Position numbers and translations under genes: made by a program
In this document: positions 1 to 9,018 of the stretch, piece by piece
Numbering within the stretch: the stretch's first letter is position 1
Layout: the number at the start of each line of letters is the position of its first letter
The notes under the pieces: generated by a model
The model's input: only the letters and a program-made list of their open reading frames with translations
The model's database searches: none
Told to the model about the DNA's origin: nothing
Assembly (NCBI RefSeq): GCF_036554565.1
Contig: NZ_DATBNB010000327.1
Location: forward strand, 1 to 36,373
Length of the DNA: 36,373 nucleotides
Direction of reading: 5' to 3'
From: Longimicrobium sp.
Lineage (GTDB): Bacteria > Gemmatimonadota > Gemmatimonadetes > Longimicrobiales > Longimicrobiaceae

Positions 1-56
1 CCGCGTGTCACCTGACGTTCTCGCCCGCTGCTGCGTCCCCGTGCGGGGGCACCGAG

Positions 57-129
57 CAGGGCAGGAGGGACTCGAACCCCCAACCGCCGGTTTTGGAGAC
101 CGGTGCTCTACCAATTGAGCTACTGACCT
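57..129 (-). tRNA. tRNA-Trp(CCA)
   Basis: Reverse complement folds as a cloverleaf: AGGTCAG acceptor (one U-C mismatch), anticodon loop CT-CCA-AA, TTCGAGT T-loop; CCA end not encoded. Confidence 0.95.
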
Positions 130-141
130 ACGGTGTTCAGG

Positions 142-214
142 TGGCCAGGGAGGGAGTCGAACCCCCGACACCACGATTTTCAGTCGTGTGCTCTACCAAC
201 TGAGCTACCTGGCC
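142..214 (-). tRNA. tRNA-Phe(GAA)
   Basis: GGCCAGG/CCTGGCC acceptor, CACGA-CT-GAA-AA-TCGTG anticodon arm, TTCGACT T-loop. Confidence 0.97.
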
Positions 215-270
215 CTCGACCCTTGCTTCCCCAACAAAAAGCCGCCCGGCTGCGGCGGCGGGGTCCGGCA

Positions 271-344
<74 letters not shown>

Positions 345-356
345 ACAAGGACACCG

Positions 357-385
357 AATGTATCACCCTCACCCTTCCGCGTCAA
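357..385 (-). promoter_or_regulatory. sigma70-type promoter (proximal) of the fMet-Phe-Trp tRNA operon
   Basis: TTGACG-17 nt-TACATT on the minus strand, 12 nt upstream of the tRNA-fMet. Confidence 0.75.
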
Positions 386-440
386 CCCCCTTCAGAGGCT
401 TTTCGCGTTCACCGCCCGTGTCCCCGGCGGCGACGGCGTA

Positions 441-468
441 AGTATAAACGGATCCCAAATCTTTTCAA
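441..468 (-). promoter_or_regulatory. sigma70-type promoter (distal) of the tRNA operon
   Basis: TTGAAA-16 nt-TATACT on the minus strand in an AT-rich patch; palindrome TCAAGGCCTTGA (465-476) overlaps the -35. Confidence 0.6.
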
Positions 469-505
469 GGCCTTGACAAGAACTGGTTTTTTCGTTGGCC
501 GGGGG

Positions 506-1102
506 TCAGTCCAGGAAGCGACCTTCGTCCGCCAACTGGCGCAGCAGCGCGCCCCGCTCGTTCTCGTCGTCGGCCGCGCGGCGCAGCTCCGGGGTGGCGG
601 GCTGCCGCGCGCCGCACCCATCGCACGAAAGGAAGCGCTCGTCCCACATCCACCCTTCGCTCCAGCTGCCGGTGCACTCGGGCTTCAGGTGGCGCAGCAG
701 GGCCTCGGGCCGGGCCTCCACCGGTTCCTGCACCCGCAGCACCGGCTCGAAGTGGCAGGCGAAGCAGGTGAGCGTGTGGGGAAGCGCGATGCGCGTTCCG
801 GACGCGATGCGAAGGTGCTTGCCGCAGCGCGGGCACACGCCCAGGAACCAGAGCACGCGGTAGCGCCCCGTCCAGAACAGGTGGGCCATGAACCCGCCGG
901 CGCAAACGCACACCGCCGGCCAGGGATAGTGCGGCGGAACCCACACCGCGTACGGGATGATGCCCCAGAAGAACGCCAGGGAGAGCAGCGCCTTGAGCGC
1001 GCGCCCGGGGAGCGGCTGCGGCACCAGCCCCACCCGCGCCGGGGCAGGAGGATGGGCGGGCAGCGTCACCTGAACGTTGGGAGCCTCGATCGGCACGCTC
1101 AT
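506..1102 (-). CDS. hypothetical membrane protein with CxxC zinc-ribbon motifs (198 aa)
   Basis: Start moved to ATG 1102 after GAGGTG RBS; two hydrophobic segments, then CPRC, CFAC and CDGC; GC-rich third codon positions. Confidence 0.75.
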   Translation of the reverse strand: MSVPIEAPNVQVTLPAHPPAPARVGLVPQPLPGRALKALLSLAFFWGIIPYAVWVPPHYPWPAVCVCAGGFMAHLFWTGRYRVLWFLGVCPRCGKHLRIASGTRIALPHTLTCFACHFEPVLRVQEPVEARPEALLRHLKPECTGSWSEGWMWDERFLSCDGCGARQPATPELRRAADDENERGALLRQLADEGRFLD

Positions 1103-1233
1103 CGTCACCTCGCGTCTTCGGCCTTTCCCAAGATAAGCAATCCGGGCCCGCGCTCCAGTCCTCCGTGCCTGAATGAAAAAGGAGGAGCCGCGCCCGGCTC
1201 CTCCCGTATCCAACGATCATGCCACCGGGCGGC

Positions 1234-1776
1234 TCACCACCTCACCGCCAGCAGGCAGGCTTCCGCACCGCGCTTGCGGCAGCTGGCCTCGTCGGCGTGG
1301 GCGACGAAGACGGCCGGCGAGTCGCCGGGCTTGAAGCGCTGGGCCAGCTCCTCGACCACGTTGCGGTCCAGTTCGCACGGGTACGGGTTGCGCACCTCCA
1401 CGGTGCACGAGCGGTCGCCGGTGCGGGTGTAGCGAAAGCCCCCCACGTCGCTCCCCTCGTGACGCGTATGGTAGTCGGCGTCCAGGGTGGAAAGTGCCTC
1501 GTGGATGGAGTCCAGCGCCGGCGGAAAGGTGGCCTCCTGCACCAGCCTCCGCCCCACGCGGGCCAGGGTGTTGGGCCCCACCTTCTCGTAGACGGTACGC
1601 TGCGCGTCCAGGTACGCCTGCCACGGGTACCAGGCCGAGGGCTGCGGATCGGGGATGCCGTTCTCCGCGAGGATCTGCAGCCCGCGCGGGCCGTAGAAGC
1701 CCAGGGCCGACACGAACGCCTGGACGGACGCGCCCAGCACGCGATCGCCCGGGGAGCTTGCCTTGAAGACCTGCAT
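1234..1776 (-). CDS. stand-alone V4R/H-NOX-like ligand-binding domain protein (about 180 aa)
   Basis: WYP..YLD, A.FPP..DSI..AL, NPYPC and C-terminal CRKRG..AC...V.W pattern typical of 4-vinyl-reductase-like small proteins; start uncertain (1776 vs 1866). Confidence 0.65.
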   Translation of the reverse strand: MQVFKASSPGDRVLGASVQAFVSALGFYGPRGLQILAENGIPDPQPSAWYPWQAYLDAQRTVYEKVGPNTLARVGRRLVQEATFPPALDSIHEALSTLDADYHTRHEGSDVGGFRYTRTGDRSCTVEVRNPYPCELDRNVVEELAQRFKPGDSPAVFVAHADEASCRKRGAEACLLAVRW

Positions 1777-1873
1777 GCTTCGCTGTCTGATGGTCGTGCG
1801 GAGCCGGATGCACCGCGCAAACAAATGGTAAACGGCGCCCCGGGACAGGTTCCCCCGGAGCGCCATCCACGGC

Positions 1874-4360
1874 TCAGCCGACGACCAGGTTCACCAGCCG
1901 GTCGGGAACGAAAACGGTCTTGCGGACCTGCTTGTCCTCGATCCACCGGCGCACGTGGGCGTCGGCCAGGGCGGCGGCGCGCGCCTCGGCCTCGGCGATG
2001 CCGCGGGCCATGGGCATGCGCGCGCGCACCTTGCCGTTCACCTGCACGACGAACTCCACCGTGTCGGCGACGGCCTTGGACGCGTCGAACTCCGGCCACG
2101 ACGCGGCGCCGAAGATGGAGCCCTCGCCGCCCATCCGCTCCCACAGCTCCTCGGCCATGTGCGGCGCGAACGGCGCCACCAGCCGAACCAGCGGCTCCAC
2201 GGCCGCGCGTTCCGGGGTGCGGCCGCCCGCGCGGACCACGTTCAGGTACTCCATCATCGCCGCGACGGCGGTGTTGTACGAGAGCACCTCCAGGTCTTCC
2301 GTCACCTTGCGGATGGTGGCGTGAAGCTTCTGCTCCACGTCGCGGTCAAGCTCGCGGTCCTCCGCCGTCAGCGCCGAGTCCCACAGGCGCGTGAGGAAGT
2401 TGTACGGGCCGGTGATGCCGCTGTCGCGGAAGTCGCCGCCTTCCTGGTACGGCCCCAGGAACATCAGGTACGTGCGGAAGGTGTCCGCTCCCCACTCGGC
2501 GATGTAGTCGTCGGGCACCACCACGTTGCCACGCGACTTCGACATTTTGGAGCCGTCCTTGACGATCAGCCCGTGCGCGCGGAAGCGGGTGAACGGCTCC
2601 TCGAAGTCCACGTGCCCCATGTCACGCAGGGCCATGGTGACGAAGCGCGCGTACAGCAGGTGCAGCACCGCGTGCTCGTTGCCGCCAATGTAGCTGTCCA
2701 CCGGCAGCCACGTGCGCGTGATGGCGGGATCGAACGGCACCTGCTCGTTGCCAGCGCTGGGATAGCGCAGGAAGTACCAGGCGCTGTCCAGAAAGGTGTC
2801 GCTGACGTCCGTCTCCCGGCGCGCCTTGCCCCCGCACGTGGGGCACTCCGTCAGGTACCACTCCTCGTGCCGCGCCAGGGGAGAGATGCCGGAGGCGTCG
2901 GGCTTGAAGTCTTCCACGAAGGGAAGCACAACGGGCAGCTGGTCCTCGGGCACCGGGACGATGCCGCACTCGTCGCAGTACAGGATGGGGATGGGCGGAC
3001 CCCAGTACCGCTGCCGGCTGATCGTCCAGTCGTGCAGGCGGTAGTTGATCCGCTTCTCCCCCACGCCCATCGATGCCAGCCACTCCGTGACGGCGGACTT
3101 GGCTTCGGAGACGTCCGTGCCGTCGAAGTGGCCGCTGTTCACCAGCCGCCCGGGCCCGGTGTACGCCTCGGCCAGCGGCGTCTCCGCATCATCCCCCTCA
3201 CCCGCCACCACGCGCACGATCGGCAGGCCGAACTCCGTGGCGAACTCGAAGTCGCGCTCGTCGTGCCCGGGCACGGCCATGATGGCGCCGGTCCCGTACT
3301 CCATCAGCACGTAGTCGGCGATCCAGACGGGGATCTCCTGCTTCGTGGCCGGGTTCACGGCGTAGCCGCCCGTCCACACGCCCGTCTTGGTCTTGTCGGT
3401 CTTCTTGCGCGTCACCAGGTCCTGGGCAGACGCCTGGCGCCGGTACGCATCCACCGCGTCCTGCTGTTCGGGCGTGGTGACGCGCTCCACCAGCGGGTGC
3501 TCGGGAGCCAGCACCATGTACGTGGCGCCGAACACCGTGTCGGGCCGGGTGGTGAACACGCGGATCACCGGGCGCTCGGATTCGATCTGCGCGGCTTCGT
3601 GCCGGTCGTCGGCCACCTTGCGGCGCGCGATGGGAAACGCCAGCTCGGCGCCCTCGCTGCGGCCGATCCAGTTCTCCTGGGCCTTGCGCGTGGTGTCGGA
3701 CCAGTCCAGCGTCTTCAGGTTGTCGAGCAGCTTGGCCGCGTAGTTCGTGATCTTGAAGAACCACTGCGAAAGGAAGCGCATCTCCACCGCGGTGCCGCAG
3801 CGCTCGCACTCGCCGCCGATTACCTGCTCGTTGGCCAGCACGGTGTTGCACGACGGGCACCAGTTGACGGGCGCGGCCTTCTTCTCGGCCAGCCCGGCCT
3901 TGTACAGCTGCAGGAAGATCCACTGTGTCCACCGGTAGTAATCGGGCGTGGTGGTGTCGACCGTGTGGTTCCAGTCGTACATCAGCCCCACGCGCCGCAG
4001 CTGGCGCGTGAACCGCTCGACATTGCGCGGGATCAGCTCCGTGGGGTGAATCCCCTGCTTCAGCGCAAAGTTCTCGCTGTGGATGCCGAACGCGTCGAAG
4101 CCGATGGGCTCGAACACCTGGTATCCCTGCAGGCGCTTGAAGCGGCCGTAGATGTCGGCGCCCGCAAACGCGTAGATGTTGCCCACGTGAAGCCCCTCGG
4201 CCGAGGGGTACGGGAACATCATCAGGTTGTTGAAGGGCTTTTCGGCGGACCGCAGCGCCTCGTCCGTCCACGCGTTGGTGCCCCGCTCGTCCCAGCGCGC
4301 CTGCCACTTCCGCTCTACCTCGGCGGGATTGTAGCTGTCGGTGTGGTTTCCGTTGCTCAT
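1874..4360 (-). CDS. leuS: leucine--tRNA ligase
   Basis: MFPYPS..LHVGN (HIGH), GFDAFG, FTTRPDT and GTGAIMAVPGHDERD editing domain, DWTISRQRYWG, KMSKS, QVNGKVR. Confidence 0.99.
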   Translation of the reverse strand: MSNGNHTDSYNPAEVERKWQARWDERGTNAWTDEALRSAEKPFNNLMMFPYPSAEGLHVGNIYAFAGADIYGRFKRLQGYQVFEPIGFDAFGIHSENFALKQGIHPTELIPRNVERFTRQLRRVGLMYDWNHTVDTTTPDYYRWTQWIFLQLYKAGLAEKKAAPVNWCPSCNTVLANEQVIGGECERCGTAVEMRFLSQWFFKITNYAAKLLDNLKTLDWSDTTRKAQENWIGRSEGAELAFPIARRKVADDRHEAAQIESERPVIRVFTTRPDTVFGATYMVLAPEHPLVERVTTPEQQDAVDAYRRQASAQDLVTRKKTDKTKTGVWTGGYAVNPATKQEIPVWIADYVLMEYGTGAIMAVPGHDERDFEFATEFGLPIVRVVAGEGDDAETPLAEAYTGPGRLVNSGHFDGTDVSEAKSAVTEWLASMGVGEKRINYRLHDWTISRQRYWGPPIPILYCDECGIVPVPEDQLPVVLPFVEDFKPDASGISPLARHEEWYLTECPTCGGKARRETDVSDTFLDSAWYFLRYPSAGNEQVPFDPAITRTWLPVDSYIGGNEHAVLHLLYARFVTMALRDMGHVDFEEPFTRFRAHGLIVKDGSKMSKSRGNVVVPDDYIAEWGADTFRTYLMFLGPYQEGGDFRDSGITGPYNFLTRLWDSALTAEDRELDRDVEQKLHATIRKVTEDLEVLSYNTAVAAMMEYLNVVRAGGRTPERAAVEPLVRLVAPFAPHMAEELWERMGGEGSIFGAASWPEFDASKAVADTVEFVVQVNGKVRARMPMARGIAEAEARAAALADAHVRRWIEDKQVRKTVFVPDRLVNLVVG

Positions 4361-4419
4361 GTTCCGTTCAGACCCCGCGCCCCGATGGATTGCGCCTGCC
4401 GATGGTGCCGACCGCAGTT

Positions 4420-4468
4420 CGAGCCGCCGGCGTCGGTGCGTCGGCGGCTCGCTCCCCTAAACTGCCAT
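4420..4468. repeat. hairpin-containing direct repeat, copy 1 (leuS leader)
   Basis: CGAGCCGCCGGCG-TCGGTG-CGTCGGCGGCTCG...TAAACTGCCAT; matches 5784-5832. Confidence 0.7.
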
Positions 4469-4664
4469 TCAGGCGTGTAATCTACAAGCCCTGTCCAGCG
4501 CCCTTCGGGCACACGAGGAACGCGATCAAGGATCGATGCTCGAAGGGCATCCCTGCCGATGCCGCAATCAGGATCGCGGTACCGGCACGGGAGCATTGTG
4601 GCGCGTGGACCTGACGATTATCAATGAATGCACTCTCGCCTGGACCCCACCTCGGAAAGGAACC

Positions 4665-5714
4665 ATGTCCGCCGCGCGCTTTCTCGGCGCAGCCCTGACG
4701 CTCGCAGTCCTGGCCGGCTGCAGAGATACCACGGGGCCGCGGGATGCTTCCTCGTTCACCGCGCCCATCGTGGGCGTGCCGATGGACGACGTGTTCTACG
4801 GCGCGTACCGGGACCACGATCCAGGCACCGGGGTTCGGGACCACGCGTGCGGCCTGAAGTCGTATAACGGCCACGGGGGTGTCGACATCCTGCTGCGCAA
4901 CTTCCAGGTGCAGGACAAGGGCGTACCGGTGATCGCGGCGGCGGATGGCACGGTGACGTGGGTGAGTGATGGGCTTCCCGACCGGAACATCACGTGGGAG
5001 GGCACCAGCGGGTTCGGGAACGCCGTCGAAATCACCCACCCCGGCGGATTGAGCACCATCTATGGCCACCTCCGCCGCGGCTCGGTCGCGGTGAGCAACG
5101 GTCAGAGCGTGCAACGGGGCGCGGTCCTGGGGATGGTGGGCAGCTCCGGCAGGTCCAACTGGCCGCACCTGCACTTCGAGGTGCGCGAAGGTGGAGCTTC
5201 GCTCGATCCCTTCGCCGGCGACTGCTCGCAGACGCAAAGCCTGTGGGCGGACCAGCTTCCCTATCAGAACGCGTTCGAGGTGACGGATGCAGGGATTACG
5301 GACCAGCCGGCGACCTTCGCCGTGTTGATCGAGCGGCCGCCCACGCTCAGCACCTTCCCGTTGAACGCCGCCGGTTTCCGGTTCTGGCTCCAGGTTGCGA
5401 ACCAGCCGGTGGCCCAGACGCGGTTCGAGCTGCGCGCACCCGGGGGGGCGCTCAGGGATGCGGGACTGGTGCAGGTCGGCGCCTCGTTCAGCATGCGATA
5501 CCTGGTGCTGGAGGTGCCGGTGAATGGGCAGTTGACCGAGCCTGGCGCATGGCAGATCCGGACCTACCAGGGCAACCAGCTCATCCATACCCAGCCCTTC
5601 ACCCTGCTGCCCGCGGGCGCCGCCGAGGGCGCCGCCACCCCGTCTGTGCGCGGCACCTTCCCCTCCGCCGTGCGCGTGTTCGACCAGGCGCCGGGAGCGG
5701 ACGCGCACCCGTAG
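4665..5714 (+). CDS. M23 family metallopeptidase lipoprotein (349 aa)
   Basis: AAAGGAACC-ATG start; lipobox LAGC; HGGVD (HxxxD), YGHL and PHLHFEV motifs. Confidence 0.92.
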   Translation: MSAARFLGAALTLAVLAGCRDTTGPRDASSFTAPIVGVPMDDVFYGAYRDHDPGTGVRDHACGLKSYNGHGGVDILLRNFQVQDKGVPVIAAADGTVTWVSDGLPDRNITWEGTSGFGNAVEITHPGGLSTIYGHLRRGSVAVSNGQSVQRGAVLGMVGSSGRSNWPHLHFEVREGGASLDPFAGDCSQTQSLWADQLPYQNAFEVTDAGITDQPATFAVLIERPPTLSTFPLNAAGFRFWLQVANQPVAQTRFELRAPGGALRDAGLVQVGASFSMRYLVLEVPVNGQLTEPGAWQIRTYQGNQLIHTQPFTLLPAGAAEGAATPSVRGTFPSAVRVFDQAPGADAHP

Positions 5715-5780
5715 CGCTCACTTCCGGGAACATCCCGGACGAGCGGAAGCTTGGACGCGCACCCCGACGCGCCAATCGAA

Positions 5781-5832
5781 ACGCGAGCCGCCGACGTCCT
5801 TAGCGTCGGCGGCTCGCGTCGTACACTGCCAT
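5781..5832. repeat. 16-bp-stem hairpin (probable terminator), direct repeat copy 2
   Basis: ACGCGAGCCGCCGACG-TCCTTAG-CGTCGGCGGCTCGCGT between convergent genes, followed by TACACTGCCAT as in 4420-4468. Confidence 0.75.
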
Positions 5833-5877
5833 GGATCAACGGTTCTACACCCCGTCCAGTCCCCGCCTTCCACGCGC

Positions 5878-6096
5878 TCAGCCTCGGTCCGTAAGGGCCG
5901 CGATGAGCAAGATGGACAGAAGCGCTCCCACTCCTCCCATGAAAGCAATCTGGGGATCGAGTCCGAACGACAGGCAGCCGAGCGTCACGGCTGAGGACAG
6001 GAACAGGCCCAGCCCGTACAGCTGACGCTGCGTAATGTCCTTTTGCGGATCGAAAAGCCCGCCGCCGGTCTCAAAAAAGCGCCGCAGATCATGCAT
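5878..6096 (-). CDS. small two-TM membrane protein (72 aa)
   Basis: GAGGGA RBS before MHDLRRFF; two hydrophobic helices. Confidence 0.6.
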   Translation of the reverse strand: MHDLRRFFETGGGLFDPQKDITQRQLYGLGLFLSSAVTLGCLSFGLDPQIAFMGGVGALLSILLIAALTDRG

Positions 6097-6382
6097 GGGT
6101 GTTCCCTCGTAGGTGTGATTTTCACGTCGTGTGTCGGGATCCGCGCCCCGGACCCGCGACAATTTCCCTGCCCTTCTCCGCTCCTCCTGAACAATCCTGC
6201 CGCACATGCTGCCCGCCATGTGTCGGCTACTAATTCTCCTTGCCACGCTTGGCCCGAAGGCTTACCGTATGCGTAGTAAGTGGACAAAACAGACAGTTCT
6301 GCCCGTTCTCCACACTCTGGGCGATCTGCCCAAAGGTGGACAAGTGAGCCAGAATGTACACCGTGCACATGAGCGTCGCAAG

Positions 6383-6784
6383 ATGATCAACCGACGAGAG
6401 CTACCGATCGAAGCTGTGCGCGAGCTGGCCCGCGATCGCTCGGAGCGCTCTTCCATTCGGCAGGTGGCCGATCAGATGGCTTTAGGGCACAGCACACTCG
6501 CCAATTTCCTGAAAGGCGCCAACCCTCACCCGCGCATTCGCCGGGCGCTGGCGGACTGGTACTTCCGGGAGATTGGGAGTGGTGGCGACGAGTACCCCGA
6601 CGTGGCCTATGCCTCGGCGGTGCAGGTCCTGGTGGCGGGGCTGCCGGAGCGCGGACGGGCGGAGGCGGCCGAGGACGTGGTTGCCCTGCTGGAGCGGCTG
6701 CACGAAAAAAGCGGGCTCCAGAAGCCCGGATGGCTGGAGCGGCTGCGTGCGGGAGAGGCGCGGGAGGGAGAGGCGGAAGGATGA
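6383..6784 (+). CDS. Cro/XRE-like helix-turn-helix protein (133 aa)
   Basis: SIRQVADQMALGHSTLANFLKG-x-NPHPR HTH pattern; start uncertain. Confidence 0.75.
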   Translation: MINRRELPIEAVRELARDRSERSSIRQVADQMALGHSTLANFLKGANPHPRIRRALADWYFREIGSGGDEYPDVAYASAVQVLVAGLPERGRAEAAEDVVALLERLHEKSGLQKPGWLERLRAGEAREGEAEG

Positions 6785-6788
6785 GCGG

Positions 6789-6885
6789 CTACCCGCCCCG
6801 CCGCCAGCGCCCCACCACATCGCGGGCGGCTTCGGGCCGGTGGGGAACTCGAACTCGAAGCCGCCCTCCAGCAGCCCCCGGGGAT
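6789..6885 (-). pseudogene. frameshifted copy of the 3' end of the TIGR01777 gene
   Basis: Aligns to 8054-8145; encodes LLEGGFEFEFP then, after a 1-nt shift, PEAARDVVGRWRRGG* versus LLEAGFEFQFPHWPEAARDLVTRWRG*. Confidence 0.85.
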
Positions 6886-7325
6886 CAGCCGCTGGTGAGC
6901 GTGGTGCTAAGATCGCGTGCCATGCTCGAGTGTTCCCAGTGCAACCAGCCACTCTGCTTTCGCAATCCGCAAGCGGACAGGGGTACAACGACCAAACGGT
7001 CGCCCTGGTGGTACATGCACGCAGGCCCACATCCCGTTGATGCGGCAAGAGGTGGAGCGGCATGAGGGATTGACGAGGGCGTCGAACTCACATTTGGGCG
7101 TCGCCAATACGGTGTTCACGACGCACCGGATAGACAGTACGCTTGAAGCCTTATACCTGTACCAGAGCGATAGCCAACGACTGCGACGGCGCGGTCACGA
7201 CCTGTATGTACGCCATGTAAGGGGCCCCAACCGGAATGCTCAGCGCGCGTTCGACAATACCGACCGGCCTGCGATTCTAGCCAAGTTCCCGTGTCAGTTC
7301 GACTTCAACAAGATGGATAACTAGC

Positions 7326-7934
7326 ATGTTAGCCAAAAGCCTCCTGGGCATGTTGGTGTTCCTCGTGACGCCGATCACGCTTCCCGCGCAGCAAGAACCG
7401 AATGCACACGCGAGTTGCCGCGGGGTGCTCACCTCTACGGTCGCCAGCGGCCACGAGCATCACGATCTGCCCCGTTGCGGAGCCGAAGTAGCTTCCGAGC
7501 TAGGCCGGATGCTACGTAGTTTGGGGACGGAGCGAGATCTGGAGAAGCTGAGGCTGTTGCATCGGGTCTCATTCTTTGTCCGCGACGCTGCGGTCTTCAG
7601 CCAAGCCGTGGCGCTGGCAAATACCGTCACTGCTGATCCACATGTGCGCGTCCTTGGCCTCTACGTAGCGCTTACACAGATTGACCGCGGCACGGACTTT
7701 ACCAGTTCCGGCGTTAGCAAGCCGTTCCGGGAGCCCCTGAGCGAGAACTGCGAAGAGGCGGCGTTCGGCGCCCCGGACGACACCTTCTGGCACGACGGAG
7801 GCTTGCCGAGCGATGCTGTGGAGACGCTGCGATCGACCGCGGTTGGACTTGGGTCGACGACTCAGCCATTGATGGTTCGGCGCTTCGCCAGTTGCGTTCT
7901 GCTGGTGCTTCCTGAAGGTCCGGAACCGGATTGA
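7326..7934 (+). CDS. hypothetical secreted protein (202 aa)
   Basis: N-terminal signal peptide, four Cys; lower GC and atypical codon use than flanking genes. Confidence 0.65.
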   Translation: MLAKSLLGMLVFLVTPITLPAQQEPNAHASCRGVLTSTVASGHEHHDLPRCGAEVASELGRMLRSLGTERDLEKLRLLHRVSFFVRDAAVFSQAVALANTVTADPHVRVLGLYVALTQIDRGTDFTSSGVSKPFREPLSENCEEAAFGAPDDTFWHDGGLPSDAVETLRSTAVGLGSTTQPLMVRRFASCVLLVLPEGPEPD

Positions 7935-8053
7935 TCGGCAGGGTTCGGCCGAACGGGATTTATCGCACATTCAGCCGCGACCCTCCGCTCACAAAGGTGG
8001 CGGAGGGTCGTAGCGCACCCGACCACCCGAGGGATCTGCAGAGATCCCTGCGA

Positions 8054-8995
8054 CTACCCGCGCCAGCGGGTTACAAGATCGCGGGCAGCTTCGGGCCAGT
8101 GGGGGAACTGGAACTCGAAGCCGGCCTCCAGCAGCCGCCCGGGGACCACGCGGCGGCTCTTGAGCACCAGCTCGGTCTCGGTGCGCATCAGCCAGGTGCC
8201 GATCTCCAGCATCCACTCCGCCGCCGGCAGCCCGATGCGCGTGCCCCACGCCTCGCGCAGGGCGCGCATGAAGTCGGCGTAGGGGAGCGGATTGCGCGAC
8301 GAGACGTTGACGGCGCCTTCCACCTCGCCGCGCTCCATCAGCCAGTACAGGGCGCGGACGAAGTCGGCCTCGTGCACCCACGAGACGTACTGGCGCCCGC
8401 TTCCCGCGGGCCCGCCCAGCCCGCGCCTCACCAGCCCCAGCAGCACGTCGAAGATGCCGCCCCGGTCGGGGCTCATCACCATGGCCGAGCGCAGCGCCAC
8501 CTTCCGCGTCCGCGGCGTGTCGGCCTCCATCAGGGCGGCTTCCCACGCCTGCGCCACTTCGATGCTGAACTTCCAGGTGTCGGGCGCGTCCTCCCCCGCC
8601 CCGAGGATGCCCGTGGCCTCGTCGTTGGGCGCGTCGAAACGGTGCGCGTAGATGGTGGCGGTACTGGCCTGCAGCCATACCCGCGGCGGCGCGGCACACC
8701 GTACGATCGCCTGGCCCACCGCTCGCGTGGAATCCACCCGCGACTCCAGGATGGCGCGCCGGTTCGCCTGGTTGTAGCGGCAGTTGACGCTTCGGCCAGC
8801 CAGGTTGATCACGGCGTCGGCACCTTCCAGCTCCGCGGCCCAGCCGCCGACGGTGCGCGCGTCCCAGCGCACGGTCCGCCACGGCGCGGACGACGGATCG
8901 CGAGACAGCACCACCACCTCGTGCCCATCCGCCACGAAGGCGCGCGCGAGGAGGGTTCCCACCTGCCCCGACCCGCCCGGCAGCACGATCTTCAT
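8054..8995 (-). CDS. TIGR01777 family NAD-dependent epimerase/oxidoreductase (DUF1731 C-terminus)
   Basis: GGSGQVG Rossmann motif, INLAG, SRVDST, G.QYVSWVH, S.RV.P.RL...GF.F.FP. Confidence 0.92.
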   Translation of the reverse strand: MKIVLPGGSGQVGTLLARAFVADGHEVVVLSRDPSSAPWRTVRWDARTVGGWAAELEGADAVINLAGRSVNCRYNQANRRAILESRVDSTRAVGQAIVRCAAPPRVWLQASTATIYAHRFDAPNDEATGILGAGEDAPDTWKFSIEVAQAWEAALMEADTPRTRKVALRSAMVMSPDRGGIFDVLLGLVRRGLGGPAGSGRQYVSWVHEADFVRALYWLMERGEVEGAVNVSSRNPLPYADFMRALREAWGTRIGLPAAEWMLEIGTWLMRTETELVLKSRRVVPGRLLEAGFEFQFPHWPEAARDLVTRWRG

Positions 8996-9018
8996 CCGCC
9001 GTCGCTCCTGGCCGGATG

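Noticed and set aside
4175-4192. LeuRS HIGH motif reads HVGN
   Set aside because: Within the variation expected for class I synthetases; the rest of the enzyme is intact
1955-4480. 841-aa plus-strand ORF and similar long antisense ORFs (18012-19901, 20827-23220, 23935-25524)
   Set aside because: Shadow frames of well-supported genes in high-GC DNA
6917-7324. 135-aa ORF and the overlapping short CxxC ORF (6923-7065)
   Set aside because: No RBS, no recognisable motif and weak codon bias; cannot be supported as genes
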